From Fonticula alba ATCC 38817 (Eukaryota; Protista; Nucleariida), in NCBI GenBank assembly GCA_000388065.2, contig KB932205.1: DNA of 28,351 bases. One strand, given 5' to 3'. A program made the position numbers and the translations under genes. Positions within the stretch are counted from its first letter, which is position 1. Each line of letters opens with the position of its first letter. This document shows, in pieces, positions 1-10,961 of the stretch. The notes beneath the pieces are model-generated. The model worked only from the letters and a program-made list of their open reading frames with translations. It searched no databases and was not told the DNA's origin.

Positions 1-10
1 TCTTGGCCGC

Positions 11-17
11 TTTTATA
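11..17 (-). promoter_or_regulatory. TATA box (TATAAAA) of a presumed leftward gene starting outside the window
   Basis: ttttata at 11-17 reads TATAAAA on the minus strand in GC-rich context, like the TATA boxes upstream of the 5816 and 15092 starts. The gene itself is not visible. Confidence 0.4.
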
Positions 18-1925
18 GGGGGGGGGGGGGAGACGGGCGAGCCGCTCCAGGCGGTGGGAAAAGTCGGTGGGCGAGTGGGTGGGAACAAGAAAGGGGCGAA
101 CATTCCACGAGATCCTGGACAAGCGCGAGGGCGGTCACCGGGGCGTACGTCGGCACGGAAGACCGAGGTGTGTCGACAGGAAAACCGATCGCCGGCACCG
201 GTGAACGGGTAAAGGGGAGAGAATTATAACCAACAGTAGAGGTTATTCGACTGTTCGAGGGAACTGGCCAGCCCCGCGAGAAGACGACCAACAACACCAA
301 GTGGCCCCGGCCAGGGGGGGGGGGAGGGGGACACAAGCACAAAGGCACGCACTCAACGAATAATCAAAAGGATATATCCCCCCACCACTGGCCTCCGCAC
401 GAATCCCCACGCGAATCTCCCACGAACCCCCGCGGCCGACGGGCAGAGGGCAGAGGGCAGCGAAACTGTCTCGCGACTTTTACTCCGCTGATACAGGGGG
501 GAAGGGCGAGGGGCCGAAGGGGGGGGGGGAGGGGGGATACAAGGCGGTCGCCTGGTGGCGAGGTCGCGCGCGGGCGCGGGTGTCGCAGGTACGGCGGGCT
601 GGGTCGCCGGGTGGTGTCCCGGAAGGTGGATTGCGGCCGGACCATAATCCCAGGCGGCGACCGAGTGGTCACACTGTGGCCTCCAGAATGGCTGCTCACC
701 GAAGACATCACACACACACAAACACACACACGAGCAGCTGCGTCGAAGTCTCGGAGCCGGAAACTTGTTCCCCATGCAGCCCCTCTTCTTTGTCGCAGAA
801 GCACGGGGCAGCGAGAGAAAAGGTCTGCGAAGAAAGCACCCGGAGAATGGCCGACGAGCCCTGCACAACAGGGGCAGTCCCCTGGCCAGCGGCTTGAAGA
901 ACACAGTTCACAAGTCGGCGCATGGTTCTTGGGGGCCCGAAGGGGGGGGGCCATGCGGACACGAGGGAGGGGGCTAGAAACATATGAACCGTTCACGATG
1001 CCCGCCACGACTGGCAAGCCCGCTCGGCTCGCGGAGCGGGCTGCTGAGGTGGCCGGAGGGGAGGCTGGCCCCTTGCCCACGCGGAATGCCCCCTGGCCTT
1101 CTCCGCGCCCTGCCCACCGCCGACCGCTTCGGAGCTATGTTCCTCAGACAAAACCTTCCTAGGGAATTTATCGCCAAAGTACGCTACTGGTGGCGGGGTG
1201 CTTACTGGGGGATGGGTAGCCGCCTTTGGGTAAAGTCATCATCGGGGGTCTGGGCGTGATTACTTCTACTCACGAGACAAATGTGGTGCCAACGAAGGGT
1301 CTCTGCATTTGGTTCCCGTCTCGTTGGCTCCTCAGGCAGCATGTTGATGCGTCCGACCGAGGCGGCCCCCGGCGAAAAAGCCCGCGATGCGGCAAGGCTG
1401 ATCCTGGGCAAGGTGCCTACAGCTACAGGTCTCCCTCGAGGCATCTTGAGAGCGTCTTCGGAGATTCCAAACGCCGGGGCAATCCTTGTGTCTCCATCCA
1501 CGCTGGCATGAAGCGATTTTGGCTCGTCGAAGGATAGAGGGATTTTATTCCAGCCATATCATGTTTACACACCAAGCACTCTCCTGGGGGTGGGGGGGAG
1601 ACTCGGCCGGCGCCACATTACATTTTTTCGGACACACAATGAAGCTCCCAAGATAGATAGCAAGGGGAGGATGGATTATTTGCATTACAACAAACGTCGA
1701 TGCTGAAGTCGGCCTTGGGACCGGGGCCCGAGACGAAAGAGGGAGGTCTCCGGCAAAGGAAGTGAACGCCGGCTTCATCGCCGATCTCCTGTCTTTACGG
1801 GTGCGCGGGACGAGGTGTGAACCTTGCATCTGATGGCTGACAACCTGAGGTCAAAAGGCGTAATTGCGTGGCAGCGGACATATGAACGGGATGACTCTAG
1901 AATGGCTGGGTGAAGGAGAATGTGC

Positions 1926-2080
1926 GAGAGAGAGAGAGAGAGAGGGGGGGAGGGAGAGGGGGAGAGAGGGAGAGAGGGATCGAGGGAGAGAGGAGAGGGA
2001 TCGAGGGAGAGGGGGAGAGAGGGAGAGAGAGGGATCGAGGGAGAGAGGAGAGGGATCGAGGGAGAGAGGAGAGGGAGAGA
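1926..2080. repeat. Composite purine-rich (GA) repeat with a recurring gggatcgagggaga core
   Basis: (GA)n is followed by gggatcgagggaga at 1976, 1997, 2031 and 2052 (spacings 21, 34, 21), i.e. a duplicated 55-bp unit built from 21-bp subunits. Confidence 0.85.
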
Positions 2081-2601
2081 CTGAGAGCTTGAGAGAGCTG
2101 TCAGGAGCGCGACACATTGGCTCGACCGCATGGCCTGCCAAAGCCCACACATCTCACGGGCAACTCGCCTTGAGAAAGTCTTCAGAACGAGGGGATGAAA
2201 TTAGCGGTGCGAAACTGAAAACGCAACTCAAGTCATTCCCACAGCTAGGGGGCCAGGGGAGAAAGAAAAAGGCAGTGAAAGGACCTGCGAATTGCCGTGG
2301 GGCATGAGCTGAATACCGAAATTTGTTGACCCAAGCTTCGGCACGATCGGCAGGCTGGGACGCAATGCCCAAGTCACAAGGAGGGCCGTCTGCGTGAGGG
2401 TGTGCCCTGAGTGCAGGGCCCAGTCGAGCGAAACTCGCTGGCCCCCTTTCCAATGGCCGTGAATGCGGCTCCCACGCATCCCCCGTTGTTTTGTGTTTTG
2501 AAACGAAAAAAGGACCGGGCCCTCAAGCTCAGGATGAAGCGGCGTCTTCCGAGAGACCATGTCCAACAGTCGGTGACGATCCCATCACCGCCGGACACAA
2601 C

Positions 2602-4198
2602 TCAACCCAGGGCAAGGCACCTCCATCGGAGGAGCTCTTGCAGCCAGGCAGGAAGCCGCGACTCAGCTGCTTTCAAATAAACCCACGCCCCTTGAGAGGA
2701 GCTAATATCCTCAAGAGTGGATATGGTGCGAGGCAGGAGAAGGGCTTGGCTGTAAGGCGCGCATTCAGCCATCTTGGCATCAGGCTGTAGGGGAATGGCG
2801 TGCCTGTGCGAGTCTCTGCGAGTCTGTGCGCCAGTGGAAATAAAGATGGCTGAGGGACCATTGAGCAAGGGTGTAAGGGATTGGGAGGGGAGAAAGCGGA
2901 ACATGCCCGGCGGAGAAGCGTGAGTTACGCCAAGAAATCCACTCAAGGGTGCAATGGTCTCCTGTAAGTCGGAGGGGGGGAAGGAGGAGGGGGCGATCTC
3001 GCCAGCAAGTGTGTGGGCGATTGTGAGAAAGATGAAAGCACATGTGACAACCACCAACAGGGGTCCTCTCTCATGGCTGGACATCACAAGGGTGCAATTG
3101 GATCCAGCCATGCTTTTTCCTTTCCTTTCTCCAGGACGCTGGGGGTGTTTACCCTGTGCCGTGATTTTTGACGTTTTCGCCCCGCAAATCCCACAGTCTA
3201 AGGGGGGTACTTACCCATCATATAGAATGGGAGATTTCCAAAGAGGGCGATACAGGGCAAAACAAGGGAGAATAGACAGCAACAGGAAAGGAGGGAGCGG
3301 GAGAGAAGAGGAGGAAAAGGAAAGAGAGGAACATCGGAGGCAGAACGCCTCTTCCCAGTTACCCACCAGCGTGTCTCTCGGGAAAGTCCAGCCTGGTGGG
3401 ATTTGGAATACAGGCAGCGGAGAAGTTCCACACGCATGTCAGACTGAACGGGAGAATGGCGATACATGAACCAAGAAAACCAACGTAGCTGACCAGCCAT
3501 GTGGCACTTTGGTGAGCTTGGTGCCTTTGTGCTGGGGATGGGGGGAGGGATCTGTCAGGGAACATGGTGCATCCGAGCATGCTCGAAGTGGTGCCGCAAG
3601 CTGTGTCCCTCTCCGGGTGAAGACCGAGCTGGGGTCGGTGATACGAAGCAACATGCAAACCGTTTGACAAGAAGATGGCCGGTCCGAGCTCTTCTCCCGC
3701 CATGCCCTGCTCATCTTCCTCTCGTGCAGGCAGGCTCCTCCTGCTCGTGTTCAGCAAGACTGTGGCCAGGTCGTCATCGGCAAGGGACATTGGCAATGAA
3801 GGCGCCTGGCGGCTGGTACAGATCCTGCTCCTGGCACTCTTTGGGGAAGTGCACCTTTTCGGTCACAGCTGTGGCTAGCTCAGCCAGCTGGCAGGGGAGA
3901 TCCTACAATTGGTGGCGGTTGGCTCGGAGTCCTCAGCTTGGCAAAGTCCCGACGGATCGAGAGGAAAGACCACGCAGGCTTCCAAGGCAATGGTGGGCCC
4001 AGCCGGCTTGGAGTCGAGCCTTTGTTGGCTGTCGAGACGGAAGAACCAAGATGGCCGCAACCGGTGTTGATCCTGCAGTTGACCGGAGACCTTGCACCAA
4101 TGACATGATCAAAAGTCACTGGTCCGAGCATCTGTAAGAAGTGTGTCGGTAGATTGGTCAGTGTGTAGGAGGTATTCAAGGGAGCTATGGCACTGGCG

Positions 4199-4245
<47 letters not shown>

Positions 4246-4344
4246 GGGGGGGGGAGAGGGAGGGAGAAACAAGAACCATGTACCCAGGGAGGTATGAAAA
4301 GGATAGGATGAAGGGGATGCAAGTTCACACGAAATGCCGAACAA
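2602..4344 (-). pseudogene. Possible decayed gene or spliced non-coding transcript
   Basis: Protein-like minus-strand fragments occur in different frames (LADDDLATVLLNT..., SDMRVELLRCLYSK..., WVYLKAAESRLPAWLQELLRW). There is no continuous ORF and codon bias is weak. A good intron lies at 4132-4283. Confidence 0.25.
4132..4283 (-). other. Putative spliceosomal intron (152 nt)
   Basis: GTACAT donor at 4283 (same hexamer as the RhoGAP intron donor at 10216), internal poly-C and (CT)n, CTGAC branch at 4157-4161, TTACAG acceptor ending at 4132. Confidence 0.55.
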
Positions 4345-5036
4345 GTGGCATGCCTGCCGGCGCCAGGAAAACGCGGCAAAAGCCTGGACTAGGTAGGGCT
4401 CTCCTGGTAACTGGAGGAGGAGAACTCAAAAGGGCGAAGCAGAGGAAGAAACATCAGGATTTTCAGCCGGACGGTGATTCGGCGAAAGGAGACAGCAATA
4501 GAGGGCAATAAACGCATGATCCTCTCCGGTTAGCGGAATCTCGCGGCAGAAGGGACCCAGGGGGGAGTGTATCATGGCCTGTGGGTTGGTGGGGGGGAGG
4601 GGGTCTTTGACCCCTATTCTCTCTCCTCCACCCTACAGCATGCAATATCTAGACACAGGGACACTCGGTGAGCACATGAGCATCGGACGACGGACAGGCA
4701 CACCGCACAGACAGCAGAGTCCCTCCCCTTAAGTGGAGGAGTAAGGCCACATTTGTCAATCGGGAGAGAAGACATATGAGATGACAATATTCTGGGGTGT
4801 ATTGGATCACCGCGGGGCAACATGGGAGGGGGTGCGACAGCGCTCAGGTATGAAAACGGAGAAGCAAGGAGGAGCAACAAGGAGGAAGATGTCCCCCCCC
4901 CTCTCAAATGCACAGGAGCCATGATTCCCCTCGCACAAAATCATCCCTTCGTCACTCGGAAAGGGGCAGGAGAGGGAAGATTCTTCAGCCCTTTAGAGGG
5001 AGGGAAAAGGGAAGGAGAGAGAGTGGGCGAGCGCGC

Positions 5037-5816
5037 TTAGGCGGAGGAGGAGCCAGAGCCAGTCTGCTTGGGCTTCTCGATGGGCTTGAAGTCGGTGGTC
5101 TTCTCGCTGTAGTCGTAGGCGTGAGCAGGGACCTTGCAGTCGAACTTGGTGAAGGTCTTGTAGCCAACGGTGTCCTCCGGGCAGAAGACCGAGAAGGAGA
5201 AGGTGTTGTTGAGGAGAGCGCAAACGGAGTGAGGAGAGGCGTAGCGGTCCATGCCACACTCGTGGGCGTCCTCCATGGCGGCGATGCACTTCTTGTTGTT
5301 GCACAGGGAGTCGAGAGAGACACCGGCGAAGCCGCCGGAGATGCAGCTCTTCTCGAACTTAGCCTTGATCTTATCGGCGGACATGTTGTCGCAACCCTTC
5401 TTGGGGAAGCTCTTGTTGCCGGCGAAGGTCTGGTAGCGAGTGGGGCAAGTGAAGTAGGAGAGGTCGGCCTTGGCAGCAGAAGACTCGGGCTCGTGCTTCT
5501 TGCACCAGTCACGGTGGCTGATGACGATCTCCGAGCAGTCCTCGAAGGCCTTGGAGGTGTCGACCGGCTTGCCGTCGAACTTGTTGGCAGTGGTGACCAC
5601 GCAGTTGGCGTAGGTCACGGCGGCGGAGATGGAGGAGCTGTTGCAACGGGAAGACTCGTTGCGGATGGCGTAGGCGAAGTCGCGCAGCGAGCTCTCGCAC
5701 GGGTTGGTGGCGGAGTTGACCAGAGTGCCGGCATCATCGGAGGCGAGCTCGATGGGGGCGCCAGAGGCGACGGCCAGGATGGCGAAGAAGGCAAGGAGGA
5801 AGGCGGCCTTGATCAT
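5037..5816 (-). CDS. Secreted cysteine-rich protein, 259 aa, family unrecognised
   Basis: Intact intronless ATG-TAA ORF with strongly C/G-ending codons. Hydrophobic signal peptide MIKAAFLLAFFAILAVASG, 14 Cys, five N-x-S/T sequons (N53, N59, N134, N144, N203). No TM or GPI tail. Upstream TATA box. Confidence 0.92.
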   Translation of the reverse strand: MIKAAFLLAFFAILAVASGAPIELASDDAGTLVNSATNPCESSLRDFAYAIRNESSRCNSSSISAAVTYANCVVTTANKFDGKPVDTSKAFEDCSEIVISHRDWCKKHEPESSAAKADLSYFTCPTRYQTFAGNKSFPKKGCDNMSADKIKAKFEKSCISGGFAGVSLDSLCNNKKCIAAMEDAHECGMDRYASPHSVCALLNNTFSFSVFCPEDTVGYKTFTKFDCKVPAHAYDYSEKTTDFKPIEKPKQTGSGSSSA

Positions 5817-5915
5817 TGTGGAAAAGGGAGATTCTGTGAGGAAAGGAGGGAGGGAACAACGTCAGGAGATGTTGCACTGACCGGCACCTGGTGTTTCGGT
5901 GGCCACCGGGGAGGC

Positions 5916-5922
5916 ATTTATA
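5916..5922 (-). promoter_or_regulatory. TATA box (TATAAAT) for the secreted-protein gene
   Basis: atttata reads TATAAAT on the minus strand, 100 nt upstream of the ATG at 5816. Confidence 0.65.
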
Positions 5923-5988
5923 GAGATGCCGGGGTGCTGGGAGACTGACGGATTGTTGGCCCCGCGCGACCTCTCCCTCGCTCCTCGC

Positions 5989-6116
5989 CGCGCGCGTGCA
6001 CACACCCACGCACCCACCCACACACGCACACAGACACGCACACAGACACTCACACAGACACTCACACAGACACTCACACAGACACGCACGCAGAGGCACG
6101 CACGCGCGCGCGCATA
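5989..6116. repeat. CA/CG-rich tract containing a 12-bp minisatellite (cacacagacact/g) x5
   Basis: Five tandem 12-mers at 6027-6086, flanked by (CG)n and (CA)n. Confidence 0.85.
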
Positions 6117-7237
6117 TTATCACCCAAACGAGCGCCCCCCCCCTCCCCCCGGTCGGCTGGGCCCCATACACGACTTCGGGCAGCGAATGTGCGCTCAAAA
6201 TCCAAGGCCCGGGCCTCTCTCCAGGAGGCAAGAGGCTAAGGGGCGAGAAAGAACCGCCTGGGGAAACTCGGCCGCAGTAGTGGCGGCTGGAGACCGAGCA
6301 AGCGCATCTCCCTGAACATTCCTCCCTCTCTCGGAGGGCGGCCCTGAGCTTGAAAATTGCCGGACCCAGTCCGGGAACACCGTCCGGGGATGAGCTCGCC
6401 AGAGTGCCCGCGAGGGCGAGGCAAGAGGCGGGAAAAAATGGCTGGAACGTGGGGGGGCCGCACTTTGGGGAAACGGGCCGGGTATTTGCAAGGGAATGGC
6501 GGGTCTGTCGGCAGTGCGCCACATTTTGGTCGGGGCCGCGACCCGGGCCGGTGGACCGGCTACTGCCCTTCCGGGAACATGGGCGCCCGGTCCTGGCCCT
6601 CTGGCCCATCCCCTCCTTTCCCTCCCGGTGGGGCAGGAAAAGCGGGGTAGGGGGCGGATACTAGTTTGTTTGCCTGGCCGTCTGTCCAGACCGGCCGGGG
6701 CCCTGCCCGCCCCTAGGTCCTGGACCGCCGCGTGGAGAGCCCGTTGTCGATGTGGTCCCCAACGGCGGGCCGGAGTGTGTACCGGGGGGGGGGGGGGGGG
6801 GGGGGGGGGCACACACACGCCATTCGGGCTTTCTTGGTGTCGCTTCGGCTCGGCGCGCGCATTTTCTTTTGGCCCCGCATCTCCCTCCCTTTCCGCCATG
6901 CTAACGGCCGGGGGGGGACAGTGAGGAGAATACCGCACCCGGGTGAAGGCACCTCCCTGTTCGTCCATGCGACTGGTCCGCAACTCGCGCCACCCCTCAT
7001 GGGCACAAGGGCAGGATCGGGGAGCGGGCCGAATTGGAATGGTCCAGCCCCCGAGGGGCACGCGACCCTGGCCCCGGGGAAAAGTGTCCTCTCCCCTCCC
7101 ACGTTGTGGACCCCTTGCATCGGGGAAGGCCGTTCCAGGAACCGCGGGAAGGCCGGCAGACGAACTTCGAGACTCGGGCCGGTGCACTAGACCAGCGCCA
7201 TGGACGGCCTAGCTGCGCGGGGCCTGGGAACACAATG

Positions 7238-8930
7238 TCAACTGCTCCCCCTCCTGGGGGAGCGAAATCTCCATCCCAGACGCAAGTATTCTTGAGATGA
7301 ACCTTGGGCTCCTGCCCCCCCCCCCCCGTCAACGAGCAAGCGTGGATGGAAATCCTCGGGCGAGGGCGGGGGAGCAACATGACGACACGAGGAATCTGCA
7401 ACAATGCAGGTGCCATTCTCAGCCGGACATAGTCTGTTGGCTGCTTCAGGCATCCCCGGCTCGGACGGCCAGGGCTGGCCGGAAAGGCCGGCCCCGGGGC
7501 CGGCTGGCGCTTCCATGGAGCAGGCACAAGCCCCTGGGAGAAGGTCCACTCCAGGGGACATCCCCGGGAGAACCCCACACCCGCGGAATATCCGATCATG
7601 CTTGAACTCCAACTTGGGGCATGCCCCGAGGAGGAAAGGGAGGGAACCGGCGAGGACAGGGATCCGGGATCACGGCCACGAACGGAGCGACGAGAACACC
7701 ACGGCACACACCCACACCTACAAACATCCCTCGGCGGAAGGCGGGGCACAACCGGCGCCTGGGACCCGCCGGGCCGGCCCCTCTCCCGTACTTTGGGCCA
7801 TAATGAGTACTCCTAAAGCCGAAGGACAGGGTCCGACCATGCCACGCTTGCCGGCCGGCCGGCCGGCCAGCCGGCTGGGGCCTACATGCCCTCCCACCAA
7901 GCGCAGACCCTGATGGTCGCCGGCCTGGAGGACATCCGAAAAAGAGGAGACGGGAACGCCCCCCATGCTCCACAGGAGCAAAGCCCATCACATCGGGCAG
8001 CCAGGAGGGCCAAGCCCAAACGCGAACTAGCCTCCGGCAGGAGCCGGAAACGCCTTTCTCAACACGCGTTCAAGAATGAGCCCCGCTGGGGCATGGGTCG
8101 CCAGGGGGTGGAGGGGTCATGAAACAGATCGAAACAACGCAACCGGGCGGCAACAGGCACCCTTTCAACGATGATCAGGCTCAGGGTCCTCGGGCTCCTG
8201 AGCCCGCTGCTGGGGCCATGCGAGCACAGCCGAGCGCAGAAGAATGTCAACCGCTGGTAAACGACAGAGGCAAGTAGCCGAGAAGTGAACATGGCGCATC
8301 GCCCTCCTGACAAGGTGCACAGGGAGGAGACACTAAGATACTCACAGGGGCCATTCTCCCCAGACACATTCCGTCGTCGCTCCCTATGCTACCGCGGCCT
8401 CGCCCTGGGAGATGTGGAGGACGGAAAAAAACGACCGTGGTCCTCTTCGGGAAGTAGCCGGGAGAACTCGAAAACTGTTGCCCCCGGCCACGCGGACCGT
8501 CGGAACACACAGCCAGAAGTGTCATCATGGACCTCCCTCAGGCAGCAGGCCTACCCTCCCCATGCCTGGCCTGGCAGGCCTCGGGTCTTCGGTCCTGGCC
8601 GGGGGTGGGGGACAGAATGAGGCGGTGAATGTTGTCCCATCCTCCGCTGAGCTTGGTTGTTCCTTCCCTCGGCTTTGGCTGTTCCCGAGACGCCGAGGCA
8701 CCTGCGGGCGCCCGGGGCTAGTAAGACCAGGCAAAGACGGCCTACAAGCCCATCGAGAGGGGGGAGCTGGCTCTGGGCTCCTCTGACTCGCCCCTCCATG
8801 AGGATCCGACCCGGCCAGTGTGCATCAGGGCACGGGCCGAAAAGGCCCCCTCCCCCCTCGTGGTCCCAGAAAATGCCGAGCGAACCCGCCCGGTCTTCGG
8901 GAGGCTGGAGAATGCGTCCAGCTTCGCCAC
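7238..8930 (-). pseudogene. Possible degenerate Cys-rich coding remnant
   Basis: Disconnected minus-strand fragments with spaced cysteines (ENGPCEYLSVSSLCTLSGGRC..., RLCPAENGTCIVADSSC). No continuous frame. Confidence 0.15.
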
Positions 8931-9257
8931 TTCGGCCAGGGGCTCGGCCTTGGTATGCTCTTAGGGTCATGTACAGGGGATTGTGAAAGTTCAGGGACGG
9001 GATATCGCCGGAAAATAAGGCGGGATGTTCGTCCTCACAGTTGTATCATGGGGCCAATAGCAGGAGGACCGCGTCGTATGATCAAAGGGCGAGTATGTCA
9101 CGTTCGGCCGCCCGATCCCAGGCCGACAAATCTCCCCCTTCCCAGTCCACCTCACTTCAACGTGCCGTTCTCCGATCGGCATAAAAGCACAGCAGAGTCC
9201 ATATCGGAAGCACCATCATCGACAAGCTTGGCTTACATACATACACAAAGATATGGG

Positions 9258-9288
<31 letters not shown>

Positions 9289-9358
9289 TATATGCCTCTT
9301 GAAGAGGCGAGGGCCGGGGGAAGATGCGGAAAAGCCGTGAACAGGGGGTGGTGCACGC

Positions 9359-10901
9359 TCAGGAGTGGATCTTCGCGCGCTTGGACAGGAGCGCAAAGAC
9401 GAAGTTGGCAATTTGCTGCGACAGACGCAGCGACTCGAGTGGCGGCAATGCCGAGCTGCCCGTTGTGAAGTAAAGATTTGGCCCGATGATGTTTGCCAGC
9501 GCCTTGAGACTCATGCCGTTGACCGAGCTGAAGAGTGCCACTTGGCAAATGAGATCCAGGAGCCAGAAGACGATCGACCGAGCCGGGTTCGGCACCCGAG
9601 TGCAAAGGGCCTCGTAGCAGGCAGCCTCATCGGTGGATGCAAGTGCCTCAGCTGGCAGGTCGGACAAGATGCATGCCGGGAGCTCGCGGAACCAAATCTT
9701 GATCAGATTGGCCACCGCATATACATCTTCCACCTGGATCCCCTGGGGGTCGCCCTTGTGGCGATTGATTTGCGACCGAAGGAGGGTGGCTGCGGGATGC
9801 GTAGGTGAGTATGCGAACCGGGCGGGGGGGGGGGGGGGGAAGCTCATGTCCAGGGTGAGGGGGGGGAGAGAGAGAGAGAGAGAGAGAGAGGAACGCACTC
9901 GTGTCACCATCCTCATTTGAGAGGCGGAAGATCCCGGGCGCTGAGTAGCCATTGTGCTGCGTCAGCAGGGTCTTGAGAGTGACCAGTACTGGCGGGACTT
10001 CGAAGATGTGCTCGGCAAAGATCTGATCCGGGATCAGCTCAATCGTGGAGATCGCCATGCCGAACATGGAAGGCTCACTTTGGATGTTCAGACAGAAGAG
10101 ATGATGCGGCCCGCCTGCTCGGTGTCACAGCCGGGTGGGAGGTGGAGGTCAGTGTCAAGGAGGGACCACGATCGGCCGACTGGACATGCGGGGAGTGATG
10201 GCTCGTGATGATGTACCCTCGACCTCCATGATGATGATGTCCTGGATGTGGACCGTGGTTTTGCAGGTGAGCTTAAAGATGATCTCTTCGCGCGGGCCGC
10301 GTCCGGAGGACTTGACTCGTCCCGACAGGGGGGTCACCTCCAAGTCGTAGCGAATATCCCGCGGAGGGAGGTTGAACTTAAACTTGACCTTGCCCACTGG
10401 ATGGACAGGCGGGAGGGAGGGTCAGAGAGGCGGAGGGGAGGGGAGGGGGGGGGGGCTTGACAAAGAAACAGACCCGGAGGCAAGGCGTACTCTTGTTGTG
10501 GATGAAGATCTTCTCCACAATGGCCTGGCCAATGGGGGCCGTGATGCCGTTGAAGTTGATGTAGTAGTTGCTGACTTCGGCGAGCGGTGGACCGGAGTTA
10601 CGATTGACGATGTCACTGAGGACCGAATTCCGGGTTCGGAGGATGGGATTCTCTGGGGGACAGGGCAACGAGGGGGGATGGGAGTCAGCGAGCGGGAGGG
10701 GGGGGGGGGAGGAGTATCCGAGCGGCCCTTGGGCTTCGAGGAATACGCACTGGCGTCACTGAGGACCTTCGACTGCATGGCATTGTAGGAGGTTGGTGAC
10801 AACTGATAGATGTAGCTGTACAGGAGTTGTTGCTCCTTCGGTCCGATGACACCCTTGGTGGCGCTGGGAGTGTGGGGAGGGTCGTGAGTTTATGGAATGC
10901 T

Positions 10902-10961
<60 letters not shown>

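Noticed and set aside
1018-1043. AGCCCGCTC/GAGCGGGCT hairpin
   Set aside because: A 9-bp GC-rich stem is common at this composition, and no U tail follows.
4908-5948. 346-aa plus-strand ORF
   Set aside because: Antisense shadow of the codon-biased 259-aa gene. It has no promoter or protein-like features of its own.
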